NCBI GenBank assembly: GCA_030153605.1
Contig: JASKLO010000002.1
Span: 31,821 to 95,820, forward strand
Source: Thermosipho sp. (in: thermotogales)
GTDB lineage: Bacteria; Thermotogota; Thermotogae; Thermotogales; Fervidobacteriaceae
Direction of reading: 5' to 3'
DNA: 64,000 bases
Shown one piece after another: positions 9,749-22,412 of the stretch (its first letter is position 1; every line of letters begins with the position of its first letter). The notes under the pieces were generated by a model, which did no database searches, was not told where the DNA came from, and saw only the letters and a program-made list of their open reading frames with translations. Position numbers and translations under genes: made by a program.

Positions 9749-10804
9749 ATGGGCTTTAATGTTAGGCGTGAAAACAATGTTTCTAAAACTATGCCAGTTA
9801 TAAAAGTTATTGGAGTTGGCGGAGCAGGATGTAATGCTGTAAATAGAATGGTAGAAGCAGGTATAAAAGATGTAATTTTTGTTGCTGTAAATACAGATGT
9901 TCAAGTTCTAGAAGTAAGTAAAGCAGATGAAGTCGTTCAAATAGGTGAAAAACTAACTAAAGGTTTAGGAGCAGGTGGAAATCCAAAAGTAGGAGAAGAA
10001 GCTGCTCTAGAGGATAAAAAAAAGCTAGAAGAACTCCTCAGGGGAACTGATATGCTTTTTATTACCGCTGGTTTTGGTGGTGGAACGGGAACAGGAGCTG
10101 CACCTGTAATAGCTGAAATAGCAAAAAGTTTAGGAATTTTAACTGTTGCAATAATTACTACTCCATTTTTCTTTGAGGGAACTCCAAGATGGAAAGCGGC
10201 CATGGAAGGAATTAAAAGAATTCATGGTAAAGTCGATACATTAATTAAAATTAGTAACAATAAGCTATTAGAAGAACTTTCTCTTGATACACCATTAGTG
10301 AATGCGTTTGCAAAAGCTGATGAGACGTTACATCAGGGAATTAAAGGTATATCTGAGTTAATTACCAAACGTGGTTACATAAATCTTGATTTCGCAGATA
10401 TTGAATCAGTTATGCGCGGAGCAGGAGCAGCTATGTTAGGAATAGGTATTGGAAAAGGTGAAAATAGAGCAATTGAAGCTGCAAGAAGTGCTATGGAAAG
10501 TCGCTTGATTGAACATCCTATAGAAAATGCTAGTTCTTTGATCCTGAATATAACAGCACCTAAAACTTTTAAATTACAAGAAATGCAGGAAGCAGCTATG
10601 ATTATTAGACAAACTTGTAGTGAAGATGCAGATATGAAATTTGGTGTTATAATTGATGAGGAAGTGCCGGAAGATGAAATCAGAGTTACGCTAATAGCTA
10701 CTGGTTTTGATCAAGAGGAAGATTTCTTGTTCTCAGAAGAGGATATTCCAGCTTTATTTAAGTTTGGTTTGGAGGTAATGGGGGATGATGGAAAAAAGAT
10801 ATAA
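9749..10804 (+). CDS. ftsZ: Cell division GTPase FtsZ
   Basis: GVGGAGCNAVNRM and the tubulin signature GGGTGTGAAPVIAEIAK are present. Confidence 0.97.
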   Translation: MGFNVRRENNVSKTMPVIKVIGVGGAGCNAVNRMVEAGIKDVIFVAVNTDVQVLEVSKADEVVQIGEKLTKGLGAGGNPKVGEEAALEDKKKLEELLRGTDMLFITAGFGGGTGTGAAPVIAEIAKSLGILTVAIITTPFFFEGTPRWKAAMEGIKRIHGKVDTLIKISNNKLLEELSLDTPLVNAFAKADETLHQGIKGISELITKRGYINLDFADIESVMRGAGAAMLGIGIGKGENRAIEAARSAMESRLIEHPIENASSLILNITAPKTFKLQEMQEAAMIIRQTCSEDADMKFGVIIDEEVPEDEIRVTLIATGFDQEEDFLFSEEDIPALFKFGLEVMGDDGKKI

Positions 10805-12479
10805 GAGACTGGGGGATATTTTAATTGAAAAAGGTATAATTTCTCAAGCAGATTTACAATATGCATTAAGTATACAAAAAGAAACTAAAAAACCTATAGG
10901 TGAAATTTTAGTTGACTTGGGTCTTTGTACTTGGCAACAAATTACAAAAGCTTTAGCAGAACAATATGGTTTGAACTTTTTTTCTGAAAAGCCAAAAATC
11001 GATCTAAACTTGAAGAATAAAATCAAAATTGATTTAATGAAAGAACTTAGATTTGTACCAATTAGAGAAGAAACTGATAAACTAATTGTGGCAACTGATA
11101 ATGTTTATAATCTTTCACTAATTATAAAAAGATTGAAATTTCTATTTGATAAAGAAGTAGAAATTTATCTAATTGCTCCTAATTTATTTGAAGAATTGAT
11201 GGTTGAAATAGAAAGTGAAAAAGAATTTGATTTTGAGGTGACAGAACAATTATTCGCAGAAGAGGAAGAGGAAGAAAAAGTAAGTGAAGAAGAGCTTTTT
11301 GATGAAAGCACACCTATTGTTAGAATGGTTAATAATATTATTGAACATGCTATTCAATTAGATGCCAGTGATATTCATATTGAGCCACGAGAAGGAAAAC
11401 AAGTAGTTGTTAGATACAGGATTGACGGGGTTTTAAGGAGAATTACTGAATATCCTAAAGCTAGTCATAGTTCAGTTGTTACTAGGATTAAGATATTGTC
11501 GAAATTAGATATTACAGAAAGAAGATTGCCACAAGATGGTAAATTCTACTTAAAAAAAGAAAATGAACAATATGATTTTAGAGTTTCTACGATGCCTTCT
11601 GTTTATGGTGAAAAAGTTGTTATGAGAATTTTGAAGGTTTCACAGTCACATAGAAAATTAGAAGAGCTCGGATATTCCGCTTATAACTTTGAAAGAATTC
11701 AAGAATTAATTAAGCATCCTTATGGCATTATACTTGTGTCAGGTCCAACTGGAAGTGGTAAAAGTACAACATTAGTTGGAATTATTAATTCTTTAAATCA
11801 TGAGGGTGTAAATATTATTACAGCTGAAGATCCTGTCGAATATACTATCGATGGAATTACACAATGTCAGGTAAACCCAGAAATTGGTTTAACATTCGCT
11901 AAATATTTAAGAGCCTTTTTAAGGCAGGACCCTGATATTATAATGGTAGGTGAAATTAGAGATAGAGAGACAGCTCAACTTGCGGTTGAGGCGTCTTTAA
12001 CAGGGCATTTGGTTTTATCTACATTACATACAAATACTGCTCCTGGAGCTATTGACAGACTAGTAAATATGGGCATAGAACCATCTTTAATTAGTTCCTC
12101 CTTAATTGGTGTAATTGGGCAAAGACTTGTTAGAAAAGTTTGTAAGAATTGTTCAGTTGAATCAACATTACCAGAGGATTATAAAAAGTTAGCTCTTAAA
12201 CTTTATCCTGAATATGAACCAAAGCAACATGTTGCTCAAGGTTGTGATGCATGTAATGAAACTGGATATAAAGGGCGAACAGCAATTGCTGAAGTTTTGA
12301 TAGTTGATGATGAAATCAGAAGATTAATAAAAAGAGGAAATTCTGTTGTTGAAATCACTGAAGCAGCTAAACAAAGAGGAATGCGCACTTTATTTGAAGA
12401 TGGTATGTACAAAGTATTAACTGGTGAAACAACACTTGATGAAATTTTAAGGGTTACAGGTGGTAGTGAGGAAGAATAA
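10785..12479 (+). CDS. Type IV pilus / type II secretion ATPase (PilB/GspE/MshE family) with an N-terminal MshEN-like domain
   Basis: Walker A GPTGSGKSTT, AEDPVEY, Walker B DPDIIMVGEIRD, His box GHLVLSTLHTN and the tetracysteine CKNC...CDAC are present. The N-terminus carries RLGDILIEKGIISQADLQYALSIQ. The start overlaps ftsZ by 20 nt. Confidence 0.9.
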   Translation: MMEKRYKRLGDILIEKGIISQADLQYALSIQKETKKPIGEILVDLGLCTWQQITKALAEQYGLNFFSEKPKIDLNLKNKIKIDLMKELRFVPIREETDKLIVATDNVYNLSLIIKRLKFLFDKEVEIYLIAPNLFEELMVEIESEKEFDFEVTEQLFAEEEEEEKVSEEELFDESTPIVRMVNNIIEHAIQLDASDIHIEPREGKQVVVRYRIDGVLRRITEYPKASHSSVVTRIKILSKLDITERRLPQDGKFYLKKENEQYDFRVSTMPSVYGEKVVMRILKVSQSHRKLEELGYSAYNFERIQELIKHPYGIILVSGPTGSGKSTTLVGIINSLNHEGVNIITAEDPVEYTIDGITQCQVNPEIGLTFAKYLRAFLRQDPDIIMVGEIRDRETAQLAVEASLTGHLVLSTLHTNTAPGAIDRLVNMGIEPSLISSSLIGVIGQRLVRKVCKNCSVESTLPEDYKKLALKLYPEYEPKQHVAQGCDACNETGYKGRTAIAEVLIVDDEIRRLIKRGNSVVEITEAAKQRGMRTLFEDGMYKVLTGETTLDEILRVTGGSEEE

Positions 12480-12543
12480 GTATAGTTAAATGATAATAAA
12501 ATATAATAACAGAAAATAAATTATAAATTAGGGAGGTGCTTTG

Positions 12544-13101
12544 ATGAAACCTGCTTTTATAAAAGAAACAGAAGAAAAAATGAAAAAGACTGTTGAGGCT
12601 ATTGATGAAGAATTAAAGAGATTAAGGACCGGTAGGCCTTCTCCCGCATTGTTAGAAGAAATAAAAGTCGATTATTATGGAGTTCCCACTCCTATTAATC
12701 AAGTAGCTACTGTAAGTGTTTCAGAGGAACGTTCTTTGATTATTAAACCTTGGGAAAGAAATTTATTGGGTGCAATTGAAAAGGCTATACAGGCAAGTGA
12801 TTTAGGATTAAATCCAATGAATGATGGTAATGTTATAAGATTAGTTTTCCCGACTCCAACTACTGAACAAAGAGAAAAATGGGTCAAAAAAGCTAAAGAA
12901 ATTGTCGAACACGGGAAAATTGCTATTAGAAATATTAGAAGAGATATCTTGAAGGATTTAAAAGAGATGAAAAAGAATGGTGATATTTCTGAAGATGATG
13001 AAAAAAGATATGAAAAAGAAGTGCAAAATCTTACAGATAAATACATCGAAGAATTAGATAATCTATTTGAGAAAAAGGAAAAGGAGATAATGGAATTTTG
13101 A
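12544..13101 (+). CDS. frr: Ribosome recycling factor
   Basis: [19 protein letters not shown] and IRNIRRD are present, about 185 aa. The SD agggaggtg lies upstream of ATG 12544. Confidence 0.95.
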   Translation: MKPAFIKETEEKMKKTVEAIDEELKRLRTGRPSPALLEEIKVDYYGVPTPINQVATVSVSEERSLIIKPWERNLLGAIEKAIQASDLGLNPMNDGNVIRLVFPTPTTEQREKWVKKAKEIVEHGKIAIRNIRRDILKDLKEMKKNGDISEDDEKRYEKEVQNLTDKYIEELDNLFEKKEKEIMEF

Positions 13102-13778
13102 ACCTTCAACATATTGCTTTTATAATGGATGGCAATGGCCGATGGGCTAGTAAAAGAAATAAACCTAGGGTCTATGGACATTTAAGGGGAGCATATAAAA
13201 TAGAAGAAGTAGTTAGGTGGTGTGCATTAAGAGGAATTAAGTACACCACCTTTTATGCATTTTCAACCGAAAATTGGAAGAGGCCTAAAAGTGAAGTTAA
13301 TTTTATATTCGGACTTTTAGAAAAAAAGATTTCTAAGTTTTATAAAAGGATGGAAAAAGAAAAAGTTCGATTAATTTTCACTGGACGCATAAAAGAAATT
13401 GGAGATAATATTTACAATATTTGTAAAGAGTATGAAGAAAAAACACAAAATAATGATAGAATAGTTGTTAATATAGCATTAAATTATGGGGGAAGGGCAG
13501 AAATAATTGATGCTATTAATAAAATAATTTCTAATAAATTGAACAGTATTAATGGAGAAAGTTTTAGAAAATTTCTTTATGCTCCGGAAATTCCTGATCC
13601 AGACCTTATTATAAGGACTTCTGGTGAAAAAAGATTAAGTAATTTTTTACTATGGCAATCTGCTTACAGTGAATTATATTTTACAGAAGTTTATTGGCCA
13701 GATTTTTCAGAAGAAGAATTGGAAAAGGCAATTGAGGATTATAAAAATCGTAAAAGACGTTTTGGAGGGATAAAGTGA
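13098..13778 (+). CDS. uppS: Undecaprenyl diphosphate synthase (isoprenyl transferase)
   Basis: [13 protein letters not shown] and [23 protein letters not shown] are present. Confidence 0.95.
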   Translation: MNLQHIAFIMDGNGRWASKRNKPRVYGHLRGAYKIEEVVRWCALRGIKYTTFYAFSTENWKRPKSEVNFIFGLLEKKISKFYKRMEKEKVRLIFTGRIKEIGDNIYNICKEYEEKTQNNDRIVVNIALNYGGRAEIIDAINKIISNKLNSINGESFRKFLYAPEIPDPDLIIRTSGEKRLSNFLLWQSAYSELYFTEVYWPDFSEEELEKAIEDYKNRKRRFGGIK

Positions 13779-14584
13779 GTGAAACAAAATTAAGACTTAT
13801 TTCTGCATTTGTTGTGGCCCCTTTTGTAGTTGCTTGCTTTATATCTTATAAAAGTTTAATAGGACTAGTTGCAACAATAGTTTTTTTGTCTAGTTCTGAG
13901 TTGTTTTATTCCACATTAATGAAATATAAAAAGATGGGACTCATTATTTTGTATATTTCATTGGTTTCTTTTTTTCCTGTTGCGTTTGGATTATGGTTTA
14001 TAAATAAGCCTATGGAACTTTTAAGTGCAATCTTTATATTTGGAATTACGATTACTTTATTTTCAATTAAAGAAAAAAATAAAATAATGGAATTTTATGG
14101 GATCTTTTTAATTGCTTTAATTTATATATCAATGAATCTATCATTTTTTATTCCTCTCTATGCTAAACATGGTGCTGCTATTGCTTTATTAACTTTAACC
14201 CTTTCTTGGTCTTATGATTCTTTTGCTTACTTTTTTGGTATGTCTTTAGGGAAACATAAACTTCCTTCTGTGTATAGTCCAAATAAAAGTTATGAAGGGG
14301 TAATTGGCGGGATTTTTGGTACAATTATCTATTCATTAATTTATTTTATAATTATCAATTCAATTTTCCAATATAATGTTCCATATTGGTATTCATTAGT
14401 CTTTGGTTTTATAACTGGTGTTTTAGATACTTTTGGTGATTTATTTGAATCTTCTATAAAAAGAGTATATGGTTTAAAACATATGGGTAATTTTATGCCA
14501 GGACATGGTGGGATGTTAGATAGAATAGATGGTCTTTTATTTGTTGTCCCTGTAATTTACATTTTTCTTGAATTTTTAAGTTAA
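13775..14584 (+). CDS. cdsA: Phosphatidate cytidylyltransferase
   Basis: Polytopic membrane protein with the C-terminal signature SIKRVYGLKHMGNFMPGHGGMLDRIDG. It sits in the frr-uppS-cdsA context. Confidence 0.9.
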   Translation: MSETKLRLISAFVVAPFVVACFISYKSLIGLVATIVFLSSSELFYSTLMKYKKMGLIILYISLVSFFPVAFGLWFINKPMELLSAIFIFGITITLFSIKEKNKIMEFYGIFLIALIYISMNLSFFIPLYAKHGAAIALLTLTLSWSYDSFAYFFGMSLGKHKLPSVYSPNKSYEGVIGGIFGTIIYSLIYFIIINSIFQYNVPYWYSLVFGFITGVLDTFGDLFESSIKRVYGLKHMGNFMPGHGGMLDRIDGLLFVVPVIYIFLEFLS

Positions 14585-14608
14585 TAATATGGAGGTGGAC
14601 TCAGCAAT

Positions 14609-17188
14609 ATGAGGAGTGATGAGATTAGAAAATTATTTTTAGAATTTTTTGAGAAAAAAGGCCATAAAATTTTACCAAGCGCATCATTGATCCCCGATGA
14701 TCCACAACTTCTTTTTACAGTTGCTGGAATGGTGCCATTTAAACCTATTTTTTGGGGCAAAGTTGATCCTGTATATACCAGGGTGGCTACTTGCCAAAAA
14801 TGTTTAAGAACAACTGATATTGAAAATGTTGGAAGAACGCCAAGACATCATACTTTTTTTGAGATGCTTGGGAATTTTTCTTTTGGAGATTATTTTAAAC
14901 AAGAGTCAATAGAATGGGCTTGGGAATTTGTCACTGAAGTTTTAAAAGTCCCAAAAGATAAGTTGTGGGTTTCTGTTTATAAAGAAGATGACGAGGCGTA
15001 TGAGATTTGGAGAAAAATAGGTATTCCTTCTGAAAGAATTTTAAAATTGGGTAAAGAAGACAATTTTTGGGGGCCTGCAGGTCCAACTGGGCCATGTGGT
15101 CCTGATACAGAAATTTTTTATGACACTGGAATAGAGGTTCCTACAAGCGATGGTAAAGAACCTAATCCCGCAAATACAGAAGGAAGATTTGTTGAAATTT
15201 GGAACTTAGTATTTACAGAATTTTATCAAGATGAAAATGGAGAGCTTCATCCTTTAAAAAGAAAAAATATTGATACCGGCGCAGGTTTGGAAAGATTAGC
15301 GGCTATGATGCAAGGTGTGTATTATAACTTTGATACAGATTTATTTATACCAATTATTAATAGAATCTGCAATGTACTCAATGTTGAATATAAAAAGAAT
15401 GAAAAAACTGATGTATCTATTAGAGTAATTGCAGATCATATTAGGGCAGTTACATTTTTAATTTCTGACGGAGTTTTGCCATCAAATGAAGGAAGAGGGT
15501 ACGTTTTAAGGAGAATTTTAAGAAGAGCTGCACGACATGGAACACTTCTTGGTGCGAAAGAATCATTCTTGTATAAAATAGTTGATGCTGTGGTCGAAAA
15601 AATGGGATCAATTTATCCCGAAATTGTTGAAAAGCAAGAATTTGTTAAAAAGATTGTTAAAGGTGAAGAAGAGAGGTTTTTACAAAACCTTAAAAGAGGG
15701 CTTGAACTTGTTAATAAAATTGCACTTGAAAATAATGGTTTTATAAGCGGAGAAGATGCTTTTAAGATGTATGATACATATGGATTTCCCATTGATATTT
15801 TAAAAGACATTGCTCAAGAAAATAATTATAAGCTAGACGAAAAGGGATTTGAACAATTAATGGAACAACAAAGAAAACGAGGAAGGGAAGCCCAGGGTGA
15901 AGTTGAATTTTTGAAAAAATCTGTTTATGAATCTTTAAATATAGAAACGCGTTTTGTTGGCTACGAAAAATTTGAAGAACATTCAAAAGTTTTATATATA
16001 AAAATCGATGATTTTGTTAATGAAGCTGAGAATACTGAATGTGAAATTGTTTTAGATGTGACACCATTTTATGCAGAAAAGGGTGGGCAAGTTTCAGATA
16101 CTGGGTTAATAAAAGGACCGAATGGAATTTTTAAAGTTGAATATGTTTACAGTCCTAAAGAAGGAATTATTGTTCATAGAGGAAAGTTAAATGGAAAAAT
16201 GAGCGTGGGAGAAATTGTAGAAGCAAAGGTCAATGTAGAAAAAAGGAAAGCAACTATGAGGAATCATACTGCGACTCACTTGTTACATTCTGCTTTGAGA
16301 AAAGTATTAGGTGAACATGTGAGACAGGCAGGTTCACTTGTCGCACCAGATAAATTAAGATTCGATTTCACTCATTTCCAAGCTTTAACTGAAAAAGAAA
16401 TAAAAGAGGTTGAAGATGTTGTTAATTTGGAGATTTTAAAAGCTCAAAAAGTTGTAATTGAGGAAAAGCCCTTTGATGAAGCTATAAAAGATGGTGCTAT
16501 TGCTTTATTTGAAGAAAAATATGGAGATTTTGTAAGAGTTGTAAAAGCTGGAGATTTTAGTGAAGAACTCTGTGGAGGTACTCATGTGTCTAATACTGGC
16601 GAAATTGGTTTATTTAAAATAATTTCTGAAGGATCAGTAAGTGCAGGAATCAGAAGAATTGAAGCCATAACAGGTTTTAATTCTCTTAATTACCTAAGAG
16701 ATTTGGAAAGAAATTGGAAGATGGTTAAGTTAGAGCTTGAAGCTAATGATACGGAGGTAATTGAAAAGATTAGAAAACTAAGATTAGAAATTCGAGAACT
16801 AGAAAATAAATTGAAAGAATACATAAAAGGTTTAATTGACATTGATGAAATTATAAAGTCTTCTGAGGAGATAAATTCAATCAAGTTTGTTACAAAAGTA
16901 TTCGAAAATTTAGACATGGAAGCTTTACGAGAAATTACAGATCGACTTATTGATAAAGGATTAGATTTAGTTGTAATGTTTAACAAACTAGATAATAAGG
17001 TGGTTATTGTTGTTAAAAGAAATAAAAAGTTAGATAAGATACATTCGGGAAAAGTTGCTAAGATGCTAGCAGAAGTGTTAGGTGGCGGCGGTGGTGGAAG
17101 ACCAGATTTTGCACAAGCTGGAGGAAAGGATCCCACAAAAATAAATGATGCTATTCAGAAATTAAAAGAATTTTTAAAGGAGTGTTAG
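14609..17188 (+). CDS. alaS: Alanine--tRNA ligase
   Basis: [30 protein letters not shown], the editing motifs HTATHLLH and CGGTHV, and the C-terminal [15 protein letters not shown] are present. Confidence 0.97.
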   Translation: MRSDEIRKLFLEFFEKKGHKILPSASLIPDDPQLLFTVAGMVPFKPIFWGKVDPVYTRVATCQKCLRTTDIENVGRTPRHHTFFEMLGNFSFGDYFKQESIEWAWEFVTEVLKVPKDKLWVSVYKEDDEAYEIWRKIGIPSERILKLGKEDNFWGPAGPTGPCGPDTEIFYDTGIEVPTSDGKEPNPANTEGRFVEIWNLVFTEFYQDENGELHPLKRKNIDTGAGLERLAAMMQGVYYNFDTDLFIPIINRICNVLNVEYKKNEKTDVSIRVIADHIRAVTFLISDGVLPSNEGRGYVLRRILRRAARHGTLLGAKESFLYKIVDAVVEKMGSIYPEIVEKQEFVKKIVKGEEERFLQNLKRGLELVNKIALENNGFISGEDAFKMYDTYGFPIDILKDIAQENNYKLDEKGFEQLMEQQRKRGREAQGEVEFLKKSVYESLNIETRFVGYEKFEEHSKVLYIKIDDFVNEAENTECEIVLDVTPFYAEKGGQVSDTGLIKGPNGIFKVEYVYSPKEGIIVHRGKLNGKMSVGEIVEAKVNVEKRKATMRNHTATHLLHSALRKVLGEHVRQAGSLVAPDKLRFDFTHFQALTEKEIKEVEDVVNLEILKAQKVVIEEKPFDEAIKDGAIALFEEKYGDFVRVVKAGDFSEELCGGTHVSNTGEIGLFKIISEGSVSAGIRRIEAITGFNSLNYLRDLERNWKMVKLELEANDTEVIEKIRKLRLEIRELENKLKEYIKGLIDIDEIIKSSEEINSIKFVTKVFENLDMEALREITDRLIDKGLDLVVMFNKLDNKVVIVVKRNKKLDKIHSGKVAKMLAEVLGGGGGGRPDFAQAGGKDPTKINDAIQKLKEFLKEC

Positions 17189-17189
17189 T

Positions 17190-18203
17190 ATGTTTAAGAG
17201 ATATGATATGGGTATAGATTTAGGAACAGCAAATACTTTGGTGTATGTAAAGGGAAAGGGAATAGTTATAAATGAACCTTCTGTTGTAGCTATAAATGTT
17301 GAAACCGAAGAAGTAATTAAAGTCGGAAATGAGGCAAAAAATATGATTGGCAAAACACCAGCATATATAAAAGCTATTAGACCTTTAAAAGATGGTGTTA
17401 TTGCAGATTATAATATTGCATTGGCTATGCTTGAGTACTATATAAATAAAGCTCAAAAAGGCTTTACATTTTTTAGACCTAATGTGGTTGTTGGAGTTCC
17501 TGTTGGAATTACTGAAGTTGAAAGCAGGGCAATTATTGAAGCTGGAAACGAAGCAGGTGCTAAAAGAGTGTTTTTGATAGAAGAACCAATGGCAACTGCT
17601 ATAGGGGCCAATTTGGATGTTGAAGAACCTTCTGGAAACATGGTTGTGGATATTGGTGGCGGTACAACTGAAATAGCGGTTATTTCATTAGGGAGTTTAG
17701 TAACTTGGACTTCTATTAGAGTTGCTGGAGATGAGCTAGATGAAGCTATTATTCAATATGTAAGAGAAGTTTATAGAGTTGTTATAGGAGAAAGAACAGC
17801 TGAAAGGGTAAAAATTGAAATTGGGAATGTATATCCTGATAAAGAATATGATGAGTTAGAAACTTATGTTACTGGAATAGATCTATCAAGTGGACTTCCT
17901 AAAAAACTAATTTTAAAAGGTGGAGAAATCAGAGAAGCTCTAAGACCAATAGTTATGCAAATAATAGAATCTACGAAAAATACCCTTGAAAAAACTCCTC
18001 CAGAGCTAGTAGCTGATATTACTGAAAAAGGAATTATTACCGCTGGTGGAGGTGCTTTGCTAAGAGGATTGACTAAGCTTATGACGAAGGAAACGGGAAT
18101 TGACACATTAATAGCTGATGACCCATTAACATGTGTTGCTAGAGGTGCAGGTTTAGTTTTAGATAAAGTTTCTATTTTATCGAGATTGCGGAGGAACGAA
18201 TGA
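17190..18203 (+). CDS. mreB: Rod shape-determining protein MreB
   Basis: [25 protein letters not shown] and GGGALLRGL are present. Confidence 0.95.
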   Translation: MFKRYDMGIDLGTANTLVYVKGKGIVINEPSVVAINVETEEVIKVGNEAKNMIGKTPAYIKAIRPLKDGVIADYNIALAMLEYYINKAQKGFTFFRPNVVVGVPVGITEVESRAIIEAGNEAGAKRVFLIEEPMATAIGANLDVEEPSGNMVVDIGGGTTEIAVISLGSLVTWTSIRVAGDELDEAIIQYVREVYRVVIGERTAERVKIEIGNVYPDKEYDELETYVTGIDLSSGLPKKLILKGGEIREALRPIVMQIIESTKNTLEKTPPELVADITEKGIITAGGGALLRGLTKLMTKETGIDTLIADDPLTCVARGAGLVLDKVSILSRLRRNE

Positions 18204-18820
18204 GAAAAAACAAAATTGAAATTTTACTTTTTTCTCTGTTAATATTATTATCAGTATTTTTGTTAAATTTTCTTTCAGGAAATAATATAGCTCATAATAT
18301 TTCAAGTTACTTTACTAAAATTTCTTATCCTTTTTTTTCACTTAGAAACTTTTTGAATAATTTTGTTAAAAATGAAAAAATTACTTACAAAATAACGTTG
18401 TTTGACGAAAATATTGATGAGCTAGTTCCTTTAAGTTATACTGTTAATGGAATATATTTTTATAAAATTGATAGCCCAGGGATAATAATCACAACTGATA
18501 AGAAATTTGTAGGTATAGCAGGTTATTCTGGGAAATTTGTTTTTGTAAAAAAATGGTGGTACGATACCATTGAAGTTACAATAGTTACAGATGATTTTGA
18601 AACTGAAGCAATTATAAATAAAGGAGAATTAATTGTTGATGATAATGTCTCAATAAAATCAGGTAAGATTTTCTTGTCAAAATATTTACCCTATTCTTAT
18701 TTGTTATTTAAAGAAGGTATTATTCTTGGAGAAATAAAAAATGGAATTTTTATAAAAAATATTCCTTCATTAAATTTAAAGACAAAATTTGTGTTGTTGA
18801 AAAACTATTTAGAAGAATAA
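18200..18820 (+). CDS. Membrane-anchored hypothetical protein, possible short MreC-like protein
   Basis: There is a 4-nt overlap with mreB and an N-terminal TM helix. The assignment is positional only. Confidence 0.4.
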   Translation: MRKNKIEILLFSLLILLSVFLLNFLSGNNIAHNISSYFTKISYPFFSLRNFLNNFVKNEKITYKITLFDENIDELVPLSYTVNGIYFYKIDSPGIIITTDKKFVGIAGYSGKFVFVKKWWYDTIEVTIVTDDFETEAIINKGELIVDDNVSIKSGKIFLSKYLPYSYLLFKEGIILGEIKNGIFIKNIPSLNLKTKFVLLKNYLEE

Positions 18821-18837
18821 TTAAAGAGGTTGATATA

Positions 18838-20085
18838 ATGGGATTTTTTAGGGTAAAAAAATCTATTTTAAATGGTAACGTTAGGATTTCTGGGGCTAAA
18901 AATGCCGCTTTACCAATTTTAGCTGCCTCGTTATTAACAAATGATGAAGTTATTATCAAAAATGTTCCAGATTTGTTGGATGTTCAAACAATGTTGTGCA
19001 TTATTAGAGAATCTGGAAGGAATGTTGAATTTAAAGATGGGGTTGTAAAAATCAACTCAAATGTTTCTAATGGTACAATCTCTTATGAACTCGTAAGAAA
19101 AATGAGAGCTTCCTTTAATGTTCTAGGCCCTTTGGCAGCAATTTTAGGAGAAGCCAAAGTTGCTTTACCCGGTGGATGTGCTATTGGTGTTAGACCTGTT
19201 GATTTTCATATTGAAGGATTAAAAAAATTGGGATTTGAAATTGAAATAGAGCACGGAGAAGTTAGGGCAAAATTTAACAAAAAAGAAAATGAAGTAGTTA
19301 TCTCTTTGCCTTTTCCAAGTGTTGGTGCTACTGAACATTTAATGACTACTGCAGCTATTTTGAATGGAACTACAATAATAGAAAATGCTGCAATGGAACC
19401 TGAAATAGAGGACTTACAAAATTTTTTAAATGGAATGGGTGCTAAAATTAGTGGTGCCGGATCAAAAACAATTATTGTAGAAGGTGTTAATTCTTTAAAT
19501 GGAAATATCCATGAAGTAATACCTGATAGGATTGAAGCTGGAACTTATGCGATTGCGATAGCGGCAACTGGCGGGAAAGGGTATATTGAAAAAGTAAATC
19601 CATCGCACTTAGATGCTTTGTGGCAAGTATTAAAAGATACTGGAACAAAATTAGAAATTTTTGAGGATAAAGTTTTTGTAGATGGAACAGGTGAGAAAAG
19701 AAGCACAAAAATTAACATACTTCCTTATCCAGGGTTTCCTACCGATCTTCAACCTCAGATTATGGTTTATCTTTCTGTAGCAAAAGGAACAAGTACTATT
19801 TCTGAGAATGTTTTCAAAAACAGATTTTTACATGTTGATGAACTTGTTAGAATGGGTGCAGATATTTATTTAACAAATGGAACAGCAATTATTAATGGTG
19901 TAGAAAAATTGAGTGGTGCAAAGGTTGAGGGAACAGACTTAAGAGCTAGCGCTGCTTTAATAATAGCGGGTTTAATTGCTGAAGGAATTACAGAGGTTTA
20001 TAATGATTATCATGTTTTAAGAGGCTATGAAAATATTGTTGAAAAAATTAGGGGTTTAAATGGAGAAATTGAACATCTGGGGTGA
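18838..20085 (+). CDS. murA: UDP-N-acetylglucosamine 1-carboxyvinyltransferase
   Basis: [17 protein letters not shown], the active-site Cys in [13 protein letters not shown], and GFPTDLQPQ are present. Confidence 0.95.
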   Translation: MGFFRVKKSILNGNVRISGAKNAALPILAASLLTNDEVIIKNVPDLLDVQTMLCIIRESGRNVEFKDGVVKINSNVSNGTISYELVRKMRASFNVLGPLAAILGEAKVALPGGCAIGVRPVDFHIEGLKKLGFEIEIEHGEVRAKFNKKENEVVISLPFPSVGATEHLMTTAAILNGTTIIENAAMEPEIEDLQNFLNGMGAKISGAGSKTIIVEGVNSLNGNIHEVIPDRIEAGTYAIAIAATGGKGYIEKVNPSHLDALWQVLKDTGTKLEIFEDKVFVDGTGEKRSTKINILPYPGFPTDLQPQIMVYLSVAKGTSTISENVFKNRFLHVDELVRMGADIYLTNGTAIINGVEKLSGAKVEGTDLRASAALIIAGLIAEGITEVYNDYHVLRGYENIVEKIRGLNGEIEHLG

Positions 20086-21883
20086 TTTTTTGAAAAGAAA
20101 AGTATTTTTATTTTTAATTGATATTTCAGTAACATTATTTGCTGCAATTTTAGCTCTTTTTGTTAGATTTGGTTTTGATTTTAAAGAAATGGATAAATAT
20201 AATGATTTTATTTTAATCTATTTGATCATTTCAGCTGTTGTATATATTATAAATGGAAATTATAATATTATCTGGAGATATGCTACACCTAAAGACTTTT
20301 TGTTAATTTTTAGAGGAACATTTTTTTCATATATTGGAATTTTGACTTTTCTTTATTTTTATAAAAGTATTATCCTTCCTAGGTCCGTAGGAATGTTAAC
20401 TTTTTTAGGTTCGTTTGTTTTAATAATTATTACAAGGCTTTTTTATCAGTATTTTATTTTTAATTCAAAAAAAGGTGACAAGAGATTGATTATAATTGGA
20501 GCTGGTGATGCAGGAGTAATGATAGCTCGAGAAATAGAGAATTCAGGTTATGGAAAAATTATTTGTTTTTTAGATGATGACCCTTTGAAAATTGGTAGAA
20601 GTATATTCGGAATTAAAGTTGAAGGACCTGTTTCAAGAGCAATGGAATTTGTTAATAAACATAACATTGATGAAGTTATCATTGCAATCCCTTCGGCAAC
20701 AGCTGATCAAATTAGATCAATTTTGAAGTTTATTGATCTAGAAATTGTAAATGTAAGAGTTCTTCCACATATTAATGAACTTTTAAGAGATGAAGTTAAA
20801 CTTGAAGACATTAGAGATTTATCCATTGAAGATATCATTGGAAGAAAGCCTGTTACAGTAAATTTGGAGAAAATAGGTAAATATCTAAAAGACAAAGTAA
20901 TAATGGTAACTGGAGCTGGTGGAAGTATTGGTTCCGAGCTTTGTAGACAGATTGCTATTCAAAAACCTAAGTTATTGATTTTATTAGGAAGAGGCGAAAA
21001 TAGTATTTATGAAATTAATGAAGAGTTGATATCAAAATTTGAGAATTTAAATTTAGTAAGGGTTATAGCAGATATTGAAAACAAAGAATGGATGGAGGAA
21101 ATTTTTAAGAGATATAAGCCTGAAATTGTTTTCCATGCGGCAGCTCACAAACATGTTCCTTTAATGGAAGAAAATCCATATGAAGCTATTAGAGTTAATG
21201 TTTTTGGAACAATTAATTTAGTAAGACTTTCGTGTAAATTTAACGTAGAAAGATTTATTTTTATTTCAACTGATAAAGCTGTTAATCCAACATCTTTTAT
21301 GGGATTAAGTAAAAGAATAGCTGAATTGTACGTTCTTTCTAATTCAGATGATTGTACTACAAAATTTGCAGTTGTAAGGTTTGGTAATGTTCTTGGCAGT
21401 CGAGGTAGTGTACTTTGGAAATTTAAAAAACAAATTGAGCAGAATAAACCAATTACAATTACAGATCCTAATATGAAAAGGTATTTTATGAGCATACCCG
21501 AAGCAGTTTCTTTAGTTTTAGAAGCTGGTGCATTTTTGAAGAATAAAAAACTATTTGTGTTAGATATGGGAGAACAAATTCCTGTAGAAAATGTTGCAAA
21601 ATCGCTTGCAAAACTTATGGGTAAGAGCAAAATTGAAATTAAATATATTGGCATTCGACCTGGAGAAAAACTTTACGAAGAATTATTTTATCCATATGAA
21701 AAACCAATGAATAATTACCATTCAAAAATATTTGATATTGAATATGAACCAAAGTTTTCAAGAGAAGAAATAGAGGAAAAATCTAAAAAATTATTAGAAA
21801 CCTTAAAAGCCGGTAAAGTTGATGAAGCAGTTCAAATAGCTAAACAGATAGTTCCAGAATTTAAATACAAAGAGGAGGAATAA
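20060..21883 (+). CDS. Membrane-bound polysaccharide biosynthesis protein, CapD/PglF-like NDP-sugar 4,6-dehydratase
   Basis: Has an N-terminal TM region, the Rossmann motifs IIGAGDAG and [12 protein letters not shown], plus [12 protein letters not shown] and STDKAVNP. Confidence 0.85.
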   Translation: MEKLNIWGDFLKRKVFLFLIDISVTLFAAILALFVRFGFDFKEMDKYNDFILIYLIISAVVYIINGNYNIIWRYATPKDFLLIFRGTFFSYIGILTFLYFYKSIILPRSVGMLTFLGSFVLIIITRLFYQYFIFNSKKGDKRLIIIGAGDAGVMIAREIENSGYGKIICFLDDDPLKIGRSIFGIKVEGPVSRAMEFVNKHNIDEVIIAIPSATADQIRSILKFIDLEIVNVRVLPHINELLRDEVKLEDIRDLSIEDIIGRKPVTVNLEKIGKYLKDKVIMVTGAGGSIGSELCRQIAIQKPKLLILLGRGENSIYEINEELISKFENLNLVRVIADIENKEWMEEIFKRYKPEIVFHAAAHKHVPLMEENPYEAIRVNVFGTINLVRLSCKFNVERFIFISTDKAVNPTSFMGLSKRIAELYVLSNSDDCTTKFAVVRFGNVLGSRGSVLWKFKKQIEQNKPITITDPNMKRYFMSIPEAVSLVLEAGAFLKNKKLFVLDMGEQIPVENVAKSLAKLMGKSKIEIKYIGIRPGEKLYEELFYPYEKPMNNYHSKIFDIEYEPKFSREEIEEKSKKLLETLKAGKVDEAVQIAKQIVPEFKYKEEE

Positions 21884-21884
21884 A

Positions 21885-22403
21885 ATGAAATTCATTGATA
21901 GTTTTGTAGTAAAGTACATAAAAAAAGATAAAAAGAACTTCCTAATGAGTATTACAAAACAATTATCAGAATTTTTAGAAAAAGGGATCAAATGTGATAT
22001 TGTTGCAAATGAAAATTTTGGAAGGCTAAAAATTGAATTATATGAAAGTAATGATGAAGGAGATCTAGTTTATTTTAACGGACTATCTTTGACAAATGAT
22101 GTTGCTGAATGGTTATTAAATAGTACTGAGTATAGAACATTTTCAAGGGAATTAAAAATTGAAAATTCTTTCATTGTTGATATTGAAGTTTCTGATTTCT
22201 CTGACGATTTCGTAAAAGGATTAATTTTAAAGAATAACGTTGCTTATGTTCTGTTGTCGAAAAAAGATACAGAAGGTTTGACTAATAATGAAATTGCAAA
22301 AATTGTTGTTAAAACTTTAGTTGAAAAGTTATTCGAATCAAATTTTGATGAGGAAGAATTTGAAATAGAATTGGAAGCAGAATTAACTGACTTCTTTTCG
22401 TGA
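21885..22403 (+). CDS. Hypothetical acidic cytoplasmic protein
   Basis: 172-aa ORF starting 2 nt after the capD-like stop. It has an acidic C-terminal tail and no recognisable motif. Confidence 0.5.
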   Translation: MKFIDSFVVKYIKKDKKNFLMSITKQLSEFLEKGIKCDIVANENFGRLKIELYESNDEGDLVYFNGLSLTNDVAEWLLNSTEYRTFSRELKIENSFIVDIEVSDFSDDFVKGLILKNNVAYVLLSKKDTEGLTNNEIAKIVVKTLVEKLFESNFDEEEFEIELEAELTDFFS

Positions 22404-22412
22404 GGTGGTATT

